This document shows, in pieces, positions 37,442 through 51,960 of a stretch of DNA of 64,000 nt; position 1 is the stretch's first letter; each line of letters begins with the position of its first letter. The position numbers were made by a program, and so were the translations under genes. Location of the stretch: positions 14,138,001 through 14,202,000 of the forward strand of contig NC_087250.1 in NCBI RefSeq assembly GCF_037042905.1. Reading direction: 5' to 3'. This DNA is from Lytechinus pictus. Lineage: Eukaryota. The notes below the pieces were generated by a model, which saw only the letters and a program-made list of their open reading frames with translations, searched no databases and was not told the origin of the DNA.

Positions 37442-40400
37442 CTACAAAGATGTAAGAAAGATAATGTTATTGATTCAGAACTTAACACCTTACAAATCCC
37501 CAATTTAATGAAGAAATGTGGAATAAACGCATAATTATCATATTTAAAAGACTAACTTCTCCTGTAATAATTTGATACCCTATTTTTTGCGGTATGTGTT
37601 CACGCTTGAGTGACCAGGAGGTATCTTTGCAGTGATGTAAATTTTGATTTGCGCTAAATGACGCCTTGACTGCAATGAATGAATCTAGATGCCAATGATG
37701 TCAGAATCCTACATGAGTTAGTAAACATATTTGCTAATCCTTGTTTTAATGAAATTCACTTTCATTAAATAGAATGCATATTAACTTATAAAGTTCAAGG
37801 TCAAAGGTCAATGACCTTTTTTACATTACATGTATATAACATACTGTGGTATCTCTGAGATGAAACGGTGCAGGCTGGTGATCTTGGTGGCATAATGCAC
37901 AGATTCTTACAGGAAGAACAAATGAAATTAAAATAATTACCTACCATGCATATTGCCCCCCCCCCCCCCCCCGAGAGCTCAAGGGTAAAGGTTAATTACC
38001 TTTTTAACATATATACCGCAAAATGGTATCTCTGAGCAGGGTTGGCACCTCTTAAACGGTGTGGCTTAAAACATGTTTTAAAACGCATTTTAAAGCACCC
38101 GGTTGTTTTTTTTACACAAAAAGCGTGTTCTAAAACACCACATTTTTTTTATTTCTGAAGTGGTGTATTTTCTTCTAACTAATCAAAACTTTCTCAACAC
38201 CACTCTTTTTCTCCTTTTTCTATTACCTTCTTTATTTCCGCTTTCTCCATCGCTTTGTCATGTTCCTTTCCTTCCTGTTCAATTGTGGACATAAATCCAT
38301 ATTAAGAATATTCTCATTTTAACAAATATATCTGAGTGTTGTGCTCACTTTTTGGACAGACTGTTTAAAATAAGCTCAAATAAATTTACATGTAATTGTA
38401 GTACTTGAATGAAATGGAAGTGTTGCACAAGCATAATTATATTAAGCAAATAGACTATAAAACTGACATCATACTCTTGAGGTACACACGAAAGCAGGTG
38501 AAACTTTGCGTTTCATGAAGATGAAGAAAAGTACGTCAAACAAAATGAGATAATCAGCTAGCAAACCTTAACCCTAACAATTCCAGGGGACCTTAATGAC
38601 CCCTCAAAAAAATATATGATAAATCCATAAACACATCAGGGCCACACCATATAATTCAAGACTATTTTGGGGACATGCAGGGGTATGCGGTTATGATATT
38701 ACACAACAAGTACATGTCAGACCCCGAATCGATTAAAAACGTGATTCAAGTACACGTATAAAGCCAATTGTGAATTCTCTCTTTCATTACTTGTACTTTT
38801 AGTAATGGACTGGAAAATTACTGCCAATAATTTCCATTCAAAACCAATAAAAAACCCGAAAGTAAAAAGAAAACTTTACATAATAAATAATAAAAAAACA
38901 TCAAAATCATTTTATACTGGTTTTTTTTTCTAATATGCATTTGATCAAAATTCTTCAATTAAAAATAAGCAGTTCAATGACTATATATCTATACATGTAG
39001 ATGTATTAAACTAAAATTGGCATAATTGATTCAAATGAAATAAAGCATATTTAAACCCCATTGATTATTTAATTTTCTTCCGTTGTGAAAAATCTTTTTG
39101 CCCCCCCCCCCCCCCAGACTGACAAGACTAAAAATACCCTGGGACTTTATGTATATGTATAAGGAATAAACTTATAATATTAACTTAATTTAGTGCTCTT
39201 TTTTTAGGCATTCAAAATTCATGATTTAGTAATTTAGGGGGAAATATAAACTTTTCTGTTGGAAATTCAGGAACAAATATTGTAGTCATCTTTTACTTAC
39301 ATCAAAAAATGTATTTAAAATATCAAGAGCTTAAATCAGACTGTATAGTTCAACTGATTTTCGGAGAATTGCTTCATTCATTGGGGAAAAAAACGTTTTA
39401 AAATGATTTAAAACATTTTAAAACAATTTTTAGGCGTGTTGTCAAAAGTGTGCGTGCGTCTTTACCTTTATATTCTACGGCGAACCCGCTGAGCGTGCCA
39501 TTGTCCATTTTTCTTTCCTACGGGTCAGTGCTCTTGCCATTCAAGACGCCAGCGTGCCCTTTTGCAGCGAAAACGGAAGCGTTCGCTTTTATCTTTTCTT
39601 CTGACATGCTTCGGTTGGCTCTCCGATAATATGTTTTTGCATTAGCGCCCTCTATGTTCACGATATCGGCGTTTTAGGCAAACTATTGAACGCCCGATCT
39701 CTAGTCACTGATCTGAATATCATTGTGTCCTTGTATCGGTGTGCCTAGTCCATTGGGGGTACATTTTCCAAAGTTACGCTTTCACAATTTCTTTTTATAG
39801 TTTTTCGTTTCAGGTTTCAGTAGTGACAAAGTTCAATTAGATTTAGATTTGATTTTTTTAAATAGAACGAGTTGCTTTATTTTGAAGAATATACCGTTAA
39901 GACACTGACTTTCTAAAAGTAAATGTTCAGGCGCGGGTAAGATTTTTTTTCATCACACTGAGCCCACACAGTCAGCATTGTCGGGTGAAAAGGAAAAATA
40001 TGGAATTGTCCTTAACTTCTTTGTAAACGAAATGCAAAACCCTTTGCAAAAGATGCAATATAAATCATACCTGGGTCCCAAAATGATGGCATTTAAATAT
40101 CTACATTGAAACGCTATACTGTGACAAAAAATAATAAACTCATAAAATGCAAGCGTTTTTGTGGGAAAATGGACAAGGGCATCGTTGAAATTCATATTTG
40201 AGCTAAACATAGGCCTATATCTAATTTAGCCAAAGTGCAAAACAATTTTACTCTTATTATACATTATGTTTAAACATTAACATGCTAGAAACTTATATAT
40301 TCACACATAATACAGATGTCGTGCAAAACAAACGAATAAAATATCATTAATTTGAACTTTTAAAAATTAAATTGGATGCTCAAGCAGTCATATCGGTCAT

Positions 40401-41384
40401 TGTTGATTAAATGCACAATTCTTGAATTTCATTGCCCGAAATTTAGAACAAAAAGTATTTTCGTTACTTTGTAAGACCATTACAAACATCTTTACTTTCA
40501 AACGAAATCAAAAGCACTTAACAATTTAGTATAAAAATTATCAAATTTGAGGTAGTCTTGACCATGAATTGAGTTGAATGTTTATAAAGGAATTATAGCG
40601 TATTTTAATGAATCCCATTCTAAAATTTGAATGACCGATGTCTCCGGGGAAAAAATATCGCGTGAATTAAAATGCAAATTAACACATTTAAGTGACTCTG
40701 ACATAAAATTGGACATGAAAACCTATATTATCTTTTTACCTGGGATCCGTCTTTATTCTCTTATCAATTTCCCCTGTGATCTAGAGTACTAAGTGACCAA
40801 GTGTTCTTGATTACCATCCAGCAGACACATAACCGAAGGGGGTCTGGGCTGAAGCCTCCACACTCTTTTTCCTCCAAATAGCGTACAAAACGTAAAAAGT
40901 ACCATGATTTTATGCATGGTGATCCCCTTCAAAACCGTTCGGCGGTTGGGGAAGGCTTAATTATTTCTTTCAATTTTTCAGTTCTACTCACAATATTTAA
41001 TTTTGTCAACTTAATTTTAATAGCTTCTTTTTTTTCATCCAACTTCATTTCTTCCTTTGAATTTTTCTAAACCTTTTCTATACTTATTTTTTTAACCTTC
41101 ACGTTTGACTTATACAGTAGTGCATATTGCCGTTGATTTCTTCTTCCTATCAAATATCTGAATTTATCTGCAATATGTGTGTGTCAAATTATTGCAAATT
41201 AGATTTCCAGTGTCTAAGGTAAACATAATTAACCGACGTAAAGTTTGTAATACGAAAGCCTCTTTGGCCTAGTTTCCCTTCCAACTTTGTACTTCACCTC
41301 TTAATCGTATAGCTGTATTCTGTATAGCTTGCAAATTTAAATACTTTTACAAAAAAAAAAAAACAATAAACGTTCAGGAAATGG

Positions 41385-41552
41385 TAATGCCTCGGTCACA
41401 TTTGCTCTCCGGCGGCCGTACGGCGAGTCGAAATCAGCCGTTTTATTCATTTTTATTCAAACCACCTATATTTAGCTGGTACAAAAACTGTTGAAACGAC
41501 TGTTTTCGACTCGCCGTACGGCCGCCGTAGAACAAATGTGACCGAGGTATTA
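41385..41552. mobile_element. Palindromic MITE (PIF/Harbinger-like)
   Basis: TAATGCCTCGGTCACATTTG..GGCGGCCGTACGGCGAGTCGAAA pairs with TTTCGACTCGCCGTACGGCCGCC..CAAATGTGACCGAGGTATTA. Confidence 0.8.
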
Positions 41553-41742
41553 GGCATACTAGATCAAGAAGGATGGAGTGTATGCTGGCGCAGATCCTGC
41601 CGAATTAACACAATACAATCTAATAGGCGCCGTATTTATTTTGAACAATAGTTGGCCTCTCAAAAGTATTGTGGTCTATTCTGTGACCTCTACTATTGTA
41701 AGCGCTTTGGGCCTAATGGGAAAAGCGCAGTACAAATAATAA

Positions 41743-41777
<35 letters not shown>

Positions 41778-43456
41778 AAAAGAAGTCAGTGGGTCTATAT
41801 TCTGCACCTGGAGGGTACAGTAGTGATACCGGGGGGGGGGTGGCATCCGGCCCTTGCGCCCTCCCCCTTTTTCAATTGCTAATGTAAATATGCCATTTTT
41901 ACACAAGTGTGTCCCCCTTTGAAACTCACAGCATGTATTTTAATGAGGATATGTCGTTCATGCACAAGTGAGGACCTTCACTTTCGCCTGGTAAACACCC
42001 CTTTTCCAAATATATTTGATTATTAAAATGCACGGAGAGATGATAGGCAAATAATATAACTCGAATGTTAATATGAAGAGTAGACCTATAAGGAGGGAAG
42101 TTACATGGTTAATTAAAAATGTGTTGATAAAATATCAGTGGAACGTTATGTTATAATTTGCTGCGCCAAACAGGTTTTATGTAATATTGCTCTTTATAAA
42201 GACAAGTATTAAACTACATTAAATGTCGAAATGCTGAGATGTATAATGGAAACCACATTAAAATACACATTACGAAAAGAACCAAAATCAAGGCTCTAGT
42301 ATGGGGACAAAACGAGAACAAGAAAACTACCCATTTGATGCTCATTTTAATTCCCCGAAAGCCGGACGTTGAAAATGACCTGGGCCAGTGCATTGCTAGC
42401 TGTATTTAATGGGAGAGCTCGGCTTACCCCATTGTCAAGGTAGATTTAAATTACCCCATTCTTGATTGGGGAGATTACCCTATTGTTGAACATAGAGGTG
42501 GTCTGACTGGTGGCGGATTTCAATAGAAGGATGACCCCTTGATTGGTGGGGGTATTTCAATGGGAGATTACCACTTTGTCAGCGCGGGTGACTGTCTTAA
42601 TACTTTGATGTGTCCCCGATGTGTCTTTTAATCGTGTTTGCAACTAATCCCAATTAATAAGACTATTTGGCATCAAAATGAAAGTCTAACTTCCAACCTT
42701 TTCATAGATTTCGTTTGAAAATACTTACAGTGTACGTTTATAAGGTAAACTTGAAATATGAGAAGGCGCTTTATAATATGTAAACCAAATATGATTTGTT
42801 CATAAGTATCTTTATAATAAATGTTTTCAAAATCGAGTTTCATAGAACAGATGTATAATACTCGATTTAATAACAACCATAATATTTCAAAGTCATCGAG
42901 AGGGTAAGTATCAGACTAAATAATGCAAGCGTGATTTGTTCAGGCGCTGGTAAGATTTTTCTTTTCAATCCCACTGAGCCTGATCTCTTTTTTTTTCATA
43001 CAAAAGCCGGGATAGACATGTGGTTAAATTGGATTCGTGCTTTCGGGAAAACAGTATTTATTTACGAGCAAGAACATTGAAGTGTTCAGTGTTGGCACCG
43101 GTTGGCACCACTGCGATGAAGTTAATTCGAATTGTGTTTTTGAACAGGATCAAAATAGTAGAAGTAAAAACGTTAAGCTTATTATATATATATGTATTAT
43201 TCATTCGGATTTATGCATTATTCTGAACTACACGTGTCTATAATTGAATGATTTATATGTATTCAATCAGTGGCAGATTTTCAGATGGGGGCACATTTTC
43301 CCTTGAAAACTTTTTAGACAAAAAAGTTGTCACTAAAATAGGGCATTTTGACCCGTTTAAAACGTGACGTTAAAAAATTAAGGTCTTTACTTGTGTTTGA
43401 ACAACATATTCATATTACAGATATTTGCTGTGACTCTCAAAAAGTGAGTACACTTG

Positions 43457-44821
43457 CAGGGGCGGAACCAGCCTTCGCCAAAGGGGGGGGGGGTCTTTTT
43501 AACCACATACCCCCGATCAGCCGCTCAAATATGATTTTTGTTTGTTTAAATGAATGTAAAATAATCTCATAAGCCTTATTTAAATAGTGCGAGCGCGAAG
43601 CTCGAGCTATTGTTTAAATTATTATTCCATGTATTTTGTCCTAAAATGGCATTCTGGCAATGCTTGTGATCCTAAACGTGATGAGTAAATTTAATATACG
43701 CTTTGATCATTCTGATAAAAAAAGATATGTTAACGGCTGATTGCAGTTAGCCATGAAGACGTTACATATTTCAACAGTCAAATAACGCGAGCGCGAAGCG
43801 CGAGCTGAAAATTTTGACCTTTCTACCTGAAGAATTGAAATTCTAAGCAATTTTTGTAATCATGAAAAAGTTGAATATATAACAAAGCAATTGATGCGAG
43901 CGCGAAGCGCAAGCGGAAAATTCGAGATTTGTAGGAAAATTGTGAGTGGATATGGATCACAGTTAAAAAGGAGCTGATATGTTTCATTATTATTACTTTG
44001 AGTTTGACATACATGTAGGACCGGGACATTCTAAGAACATCATTCTATCGTATGAAAATTATGACTGTCTTCCTATTTCTCTTCCTATCAATGCGCTAGA
44101 TGAAACTTGTCGATATTCCATTTTGAAAAAGGAACAATTTAAAGCGCTTTTGTAATAATGAATAAGATGCATGAGTTAATATATTTTTAACAATCAATGT
44201 GCGCGCATATCGCCAGCCGAAAATTGTTGATAAACTGTCATAAAATTGAGATTTTAAGTAGTTTGTTATAGAATTAATATTTAAATTTGTATAACTCACC
44301 AATCAAAATGCAAGCATGCAGCGCTAGCTGATACGTTTTTACAATCTGACATGAATAGGGATATTTTTATAAGTATATGGAATACAGGACAATAATAAGT
44401 ACCTGGAAATCAAATTTTGTGAGCGCGCAGCGCAAGCAGAAAATGTTTATATTCAGACAATAAAAAAAAAATTTTTACAGAACACTTTTTTAAAATGAAA
44501 GTTCAATTTCCGAGCTGAAATATGTTATGTATATTGACTTCAAAATTTGATATTTAAAGTTCCATATAGGTAAACTACCTAAAAGGTAATGCGAGCGCAA
44601 AGCACGAGCGAAAATTTTATATAATGACATGAAATATTTTTTTTTATTGTTTTCGAAGTCTTCCCCTCATCTTATTTATTCACTCGTTTTCCTCCTCTCA
44701 TGTTTACCATTTTTTCTCCCCTCTTTTCCCTTTTTTGGTCTTTCTTTCCCCCTTTTTTTGCTCCGCCAATAGGGGGAGGAGGGAGGGCGGACCCCTTGCC
44801 CCACCCCTGGATCCAACTCTG
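43457..44821. mobile_element. hAT-like element of the same family as 35245-37069
   Basis: CAGGGGCGGAACCAGCCTTCGCC start, CCCTGGATCCAACTCTG end, colinear internal similarity. Confidence 0.7.
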
Positions 44822-46251
44822 GAACAATCTACCAAAAAGTATTAAACAAGCAGATTCAAGAGAGAAATTCAAATCCGTGTTAAAACCTTTTTTGTTAAAT
44901 ATAGCTTTCCCTCCGCATGTGAAGCCCCTCAATTGTTTACAGCCTACTGTGAACTGTACAACTACTTTATTTTTTGTGAAATTCCTTCTCTCTCTATATT
45001 TTTTCTTTAGCGTTTAGATAAATGTTTTGTTCTAAGTGGTATACAAATAATGTAAATTAGTGGCGTGCATTTCCTGATCTCCGTATCGAAATCAATATTA
45101 ATGAGAGAGCGCAGTTTCATTGTTTTCGCTCTAATGGGGGAGGGGAGGGGGAGAGGGTCAGTGTTCAATCAAGCAAAAGACGTAGGCCTATATGTGCATA
45201 AGTCCATGTCATTGGTGTAATGATAAAGATGATGAATCTGATGAATTCTGTTTGTCGACGTTATAATAAAGTTAATACAATCAATATGATTCAGGCGTAC
45301 ACCGCTTTAACTGCATGGTATCATGCATCTAGAAATCGAAATAGCCGATGTATTCAAAACGTACGTAGCCGGGATGGCATGCAGTTCGGATGTTACAGTA
45401 CTCTAACATTATAATAATCTCGTATTACAAATGTAAATTTTGCGAAAATGCACACAAATTCATAACTTGATAGACTCTGGGGGATGATGTCGATATAAAA
45501 ATCGCATCGACCTCGATATGCAAGCATGTTTGATACTGCGTCGGACTTGACAACCCGCAAAATCTTTTCCAAAATTAGATGAAGGCCATCCATTCTCATT
45601 CTTTTTAATCTAAATATAATTTATGTATTTCAGGATCATGATATGAAAACTTTTATAACAAACATGATAAAGGAAAAACGCGTCTCAAGTTATACATGGT
45701 TCATTGCCGCAAAATATACCAATCATCTTCATTTGTTATCATTTAATCATCAACATTATCACTGATATTATTATTCGTATTATCATGTCCGTTAATATCA
45801 CTTCAAAGTTATAATTATCATTATATCATCATCACTGTTATCATCATCACCATCATCATTCATTCAGTATCTATTTCCAATCGTTCTCCAATATCAATTT
45901 TATATTTCATATAATTAAGAATATATGAAAGGTAATAGTAATGATAATGGTGATGCTGGTAATCATGAACATTAGATCCGTTTTGTGAGATAATTTATGC
46001 GATTTTACACGCTAATCGCTACTCGATGATGGTGAAAGAAAGAAGTCGGGACGGTAGTTACTGTATACACGTACTTTATTACACTATAGTACAAAAGATT
46101 CCCCATCGGACGGGCTAACGGTCTTTTGAAATAGGTTTATCTATTGAAATTATGACAATAATCACGACAGCGGATATGGGGAACTATTCTCTGAGCGCCT
46201 CTCCCATTCATTGTTGTCTGTGGCGAACCCGCTGAGCATGCCATTGTCAAT

Positions 46252-46921
46252 AGCGCGTTTTCGCCCAGCGTCGTACGACGCTATCTACGACGTAGAACGA
46301 TCTCTTGGTTCGTGCGTCCGTCGCGCTCAACTCTCGCTTGTAAGCAGTTTCGCAAATCGCTGAACGCGGCCGGATCGACCGCAATGCATGGCTGGCATGT
46401 AATGTTGACACGCCAACATATGCATTGTATATGTTCCTACTATGTGCACACAACTGGCAGTGCCATGTGTCTTGCAGTCGCGTCGTCGACCGAGCCATGC
46501 AACGGCTTTTCAATCATATTTCAATAATCATACTCGTTTAAACTTCTACTGTAACATTTTGAAATTATACTTAGCTTGATTTTAGTATAATTGAAATGGT
46601 ACTCACCGAAAAACTCGCATTCGAGTCCATGTTTTGAAGCTTTCAGCTATCAGTGTAGTCAGAGTAGAGTACAACATGTGCATGCACGCGATGGGCGAAT
46701 GTGTTTACATCGGCTCAGCTTGCTCGCTCTACAAGCGATCTGATTGGCTGTTGACGGCTGTTGACAAATCCTACGTTCTAATGCGGACGCCCGCTAATTT
46801 GCGGAAGAACCGTCCGTGATTTGAGCTCAAGAACGCTCGGGCCTCTGTTTCCATGGAAGTTGGCGATTTTTGCACACGACCCTTACGTTCTACGTCGTAC
46901 GACGCTGGGCGAAAACGCGCT
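46252..46921. mobile_element. CpG-rich TIR MITE
   Basis: AAT|AGCGCGTTTTCGCCCAGCGTCGTACGACG ... CGTCGTACGACGCTGGGCGAAAACGCGCT|AAT. Confidence 0.85.
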
Positions 46922-49900
46922 AATGATTCTCTACACGGGTGACGTGAGTGATCTTGCTTTTTCATGATCATAGGCCTGGGCAATGACTAAGAACAGTTCG
47001 ATGAGTATCAATGCCAAGTAATCCTGAAAGGTCAATAATGTTAAATTCTCTTGCTGGAGAAGACTATATCATGGCCCTATTTGCTTTTGCTGTAGGCCAG
47101 TTGTGTACAACCTGATATAGATGATAAATAATAATTATCTTTCATCTATTTTAGAGTAATGATCTAATGTTAATATCATTCTACATAATCACCCTGAAGC
47201 TTACGGCCCCATATCTTCACCCGTGAAGTATTGAAATTGGAAGTTTAAATTATTGAACATCATGGCATCCTAGTATTGTACTGATTTTTACCATCACTGC
47301 AATATAGATAAAAACATAGAGTTAATTCTACTCACATTGATTTTACTTTAGAACAAATTCAACCCACCCCCCTTCCCTTCCCGCTACAACCTTTCTTTCA
47401 TTCCCTTTCATTATTTCCTTACAAAAAATGATCCTAATTTCAATAACTATGATAATGACATAGATGATTTGCTGTTGACGATAATGATGCTGCTGCTGAT
47501 AGTGATGATAATCAAAACTGATGATGATGATGGTGGTGGTGGCGGTGATGGTGAATGTGGTAGTGGTAGCCTTGGTGATTATGACAAATACAAATACTGA
47601 AAGTTACGAAAGTCACACATTCAATGAATAATACCTAGAAACATACTTTTAGATGAAATAAAAATCACACACAATTTGTGCAACTTGTAAGCCTCCCATT
47701 TAGTTTATTCTTATTTTTTTAACTGAATTGTGTCCGCTTATATTCCTTCTTGATGATGATTTAAAGCTTTTAAGTTTATAATTATATTGGTAAATCCCGG
47801 TAAGAAAAGTTCATGTCACCATTCCATTCCTGAGTACTATATAATATCAAGGAGATGATATCTCCTTGATTATATGAGCATGGCCCTAAAGTGATTGTGA
47901 TGTGATAGGTATGAAATCAAATGTGTTTTATTGGAAAATTTAGCCCTTTTCACACATTCTTTTTTTTTCAGCGATTTGGCGACCGATCAAAATGTCTGTG
48001 TATTTTGAATTGGAAACCATCTATCGGGACAGACTTCAAGATGTAGGTCTGAATAAAAAAATCCGATGACCACTGCACTTTTGTAAACATTTTAAAATGC
48101 TTGTTAATACTCGACAAAATTCAAAAGACAAAATTACGTATTATTTACCAAAGTTAATCGAAGAGTTTTAACATGACAATTAGAACAATAAATTAAACAC
48201 TACCCATGCAGAGAACGATCGAGATGAGAATAAAAACTTGATCAGATGATGTAATATACTGATAAGCTTTTTCTTTATCTTCCTTTTTCCTCTTCGTATT
48301 CTTCCTCATCTCTCATTATTATTCTCATCCCTTTTTACTGCTCCCCCATTCTACATGTACGTCTGCTTCTCCTTGGTAATTTTTCTTCTCCTCCTCCTTC
48401 TCCCACCTCACCGATTTATGAAGATAAAATTATAATGAAATAATAAAAATGTTTATGAAGAAAATACTTATAATAGAGAAATGAAGATGATTGCGATTGT
48501 AACAGCGGTGATGACGATATCGATAATTATGAGAGGTCATAGACCATGTACAGCACAAAGTATCAGACGCAATTTCAAATATGATTACATGACGATTTCG
48601 ATACGAAATATTAATCATAAATCTAGATCTAGTACATTAATATACACTTATTTTTGTAGAATAATGAAATCGCCGCTCAATATCGATAATTCTGATGATG
48701 ACTAAAACAGAAAAGCATACGTGGGACAGTGTATTATAATATTGCCTCGAAAAATACCTGACACTTGATGGAATTCCGTGCTTATATCGCTCATTTCTCA
48801 GCACGATTTTCTTTCACAGGGCTATTTGGCAAATATTTTTCATTTATACAAACAAACACTCCGTTGGTAAATTTCATTGGATTCTGATCGAACTAATTTT
48901 CAGATCGTTACCACATTTGGTATTCATCTTCAATTCCGAACATTACGTTTAATACGTTAAACCAATTAAATGAAGTTACATACTTTAGTCTGTTATAAGT
49001 TGTTTATATGTACTCTCATACCCCGAGAGGGGATCGATGGGGTAAATAAAATGTAAATCTAAATCAGGGGCGGATCCAGCCTCCGCCACTGCATGTCTTC
49101 CCCTCTGTTCCCCTTTCACTCTTTCCCTTTTTCCCCTTTATTTCTCCCCCCATCGTCCACCAGATCTCTCTTCTTCTTTCCCCTTATTTTCTGTCTCTAT
49201 CCATTTCCATATTCCAATTTGTCCCCCCTCTCCCGTTGATTCGATCCAAAATTTCTCCCCCTCTCAAATTTCCAATTTTTTTTTCTCTTTCAACTGTTTT
49301 TCCTCCATTTTTTTTCACCCTTCCTCTTCCTCCATCCCAATGTTTTTTTCTTATTTTCTCTCTGTTTCCCCTTCCTTTTCTCTCCCTATCCTTAGTTTTC
49401 TTCTTCCTCGTTTCATCTTCTCTTTTGGTCCCGCTTCTTTAAAACAAGGAGATAAAGAAAATTAAGAGACAATAATTATGTTATCCTGGGGAAATGGTTG
49501 CCCGTCCAAAAATTGAACAAACTATTTTTAACAGTTTCTAATAAATCTTTGATCTATCTATGCCTTATAGTGCCAAGCTGTTCCGGTCATATTCATTTCA
49601 TCTTTCCATTTCCTTCGCTTTATTTTATTATTATTATTATTTTTTTTTTTTTTTTGGGGGGGGGCTCCCGACACTTGTTTCAGATGCGAGTAATAATAAA
49701 TATTCCAAGTTGACGTGAATTGTACGAATGGCTTGGGCCTACGAAACGAAAATGTGTGGAATCTTATTTTCCCACCTAAAACATCATGAATTGACCCTCT
49801 TCCAATGCGAAAAAGGAGGTTTTCATGGTTATTGCAGCAAATTCGAAAGATCAGTAACGATTTATGACACGTGCGTGATTTTTGATTAAGCTACTGTGGC

Positions 49901-50361
49901 TTTATGAATGCACCCGAACTTCCATTATAGATGCGAACCATAGTTCAGAACAGTGACCCGAACTCTCCGATCCGACAATAAATATGAAGGCACGCCTTTG
50001 TTTTGGTCGTAGAGGGAGCTATTTAGAATAGATTCTCCGGTTTTTCGACAGAAATTAAGACTTGCAGGAAAGACGAACAAAAGAACGGTGGCATCAATGG
50101 GCCTTTGATGGCGGCCGTTCCTTTGAAGAGAAGGGAACGTTGGGCAGGAAAGCCGAAGCGAAAACCCGGATGCAGTAAAGACGGTATAGAACGGTGCATG
50201 GACTTTTGACAAGCTCCCTTACAACCCTGTCTCTGACATAAAACGCCACAGGTTGGTGATCTTGCTGCTAAAGTGCACAGATTTACACAAGAAGATATAA
50301 CCACCACTGAAATAAGCATAAAGAATGAACATTCACCCTTGAAATCCAAGGTCATGGGTAA

Positions 50362-50431
50362 TTATATATAAATTTATATATATATATATATATATGATTA
50401 TATTATTATTTTATATGATTATTTTATATAT

Positions 50432-50502
<71 letters not shown>

Positions 50503-50680
50503 AAGAGTAGAGTAGAATCAAGGATGAAGCAAAGTATACACTATGTTGTAAAGCTTTCGGCCCTGGCCTTCTTCAGTTTTTATTTGCTAAACAAAACAAA
50601 TAAAGCAAATCTATATATATATATATATATATATATAAATATAAATATAAATATAAATATAAATATGAATATAAATATAA

Positions 50681-50735
<55 letters not shown>

Positions 50736-50760
50736 TATATATATATATATATATATATAT
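50362..50760. repeat. (TA)n and (TATAAA)n microsatellites
   Basis: Directly visible. Further (TA)n tracts at 51962-51978, 52391-52478, 53234-53254 and 57792-57820. Confidence 0.95.
50550..50578 (-). ncRNA. Second minimal hammerhead-like motif
   Basis: CTGAAGA-AGGCCAGGGCC-GAAAGCTT; stem I pairing is poor. Confidence 0.45.
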
Positions 50761-50761
50761 A

Positions 50762-51960
50762 TTCGAGATCAATTGTATGGAGAGGACCGTAGCAAGGTCA
50801 ATACCCGTCTTCATCAAGCTTTCGGGCACATGCCCTTCATCAGGATCTAAACCAATAAAATACAAAATATAGGCCTACTAATAACAATGGTAAATACAAT
50901 GCAATACATAACGGAGATAAGCAATTGTAGTCCATAAATAATAACCAATTATACATGCAAGGTAATGGTAAGTCAATATGTAACGAAGTATAGAATATAT
51001 AGTTACCGTAGAGTCCGTAAGTATAGTGTGTTGTTTACAGTAAAGTTAAGTGTGAAGTGAGGTCAGGTTTGCGGGGGTGAGTTCATTAAAGGGTGAAGAG
51101 GGTCGTTTATTGGTCGGCGTTTATACCACGTGGTCTTAATGTTTTGAGTTTGTGTATCCAATGAGATTCCCTTTTCAAGATGGTGTCGTGTTTCTTGTTT
51201 TTTACTATTTCGATGGCAGTGATGTTAATGTTGTGTACTGTATGCCCGGGAAGGTTGAAATGTATGGTGTATGGGAGGGTTTTGCTGTTGGGTTTGTTTT
51301 TGTTGTAATTGGTTACTTCTGATCTAGTGTTATTAAGTCGTGTGTATAGTGTTGTTTCAGTCTTTCCGACGTATTGCATGTTGCATTTAGTGCATATTAC
51401 GAGGTAGATGACCCATGAGGATTTGCAGTTTATGTGATCGCGTATGTTGAATTTTTGTCTAGTGACTGAACTTGTGAATGTCGTTGTTTCTTGGATGTGA
51501 TGGTGGAGTTAACATTTTTTTGCTTTGCATTTGTAGAACCCTAGCTCTATGTTGACATGTCTGTGATAAAGGTGCATGTCGTGTAACTGGTGTTATGATT
51601 ATTTGTTTGGTTGTTTCTGTTGTGATTTTCTGTTTCCATTTGTGGTGATTTAGCGTTTACTAGTAAGTCGCGTAGTGATCTATTTCAGCGGAAGGATGTC
51701 ATCGGGGCTCTGTGAAAGATGGTTTGCAGTGTGTCACTCTGTTCGATGAGTGGATAATGTTTATGGATGATGGAGGGTATTGTTGATGTGCCTGGTGTGT
51801 ATGTGACAGAGAAGTGGATATTCGTAGAAGTTGTTTCTTGTTTTTGATGAGAAGTTGTTCTCGAGGTATGATGGAGGCTTTTTGGATCTGTTCCGTTACC
51901 AAAGTGGTGTCGTACTGACGGCGTGTGAGGTGTGTCTCTAGTTTGGTCAGATGGTACTTT
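50762..51960 (-). mobile_element. 5'-truncated Penelope-like element (linker + GIY-YIG endonuclease) inserted in (TA)n
   Basis: Frameshifted reading LTRRQY..VTYTP..PMTSFR..LRDLLV..CKSSWVIYLVICTKCNMQYVGKTETTLYTRLN..HF..RESHWIHKLKTLRPRGIN, bounded by TA microsatellites. Confidence 0.88.
50813..50846 (-). ncRNA. Minimal hammerhead ribozyme motif in the Penelope terminal repeat
   Basis: Minus strand: ATC-CTGATGA-AGGGCATGTGCCC-GAAA-GCTT-GAT, giving the core boxes, stem II GGGCA/TGCCC and palindromic AAGCTT. Confidence 0.65.

Noticed and set aside
50340..50356. Minus-strand CATGACCTTGGA (HDLG) as the SAMHD1 HD motif
   Set aside because: Followed by FQG* with no GT donor and preceded by (TA)n; a chance match.
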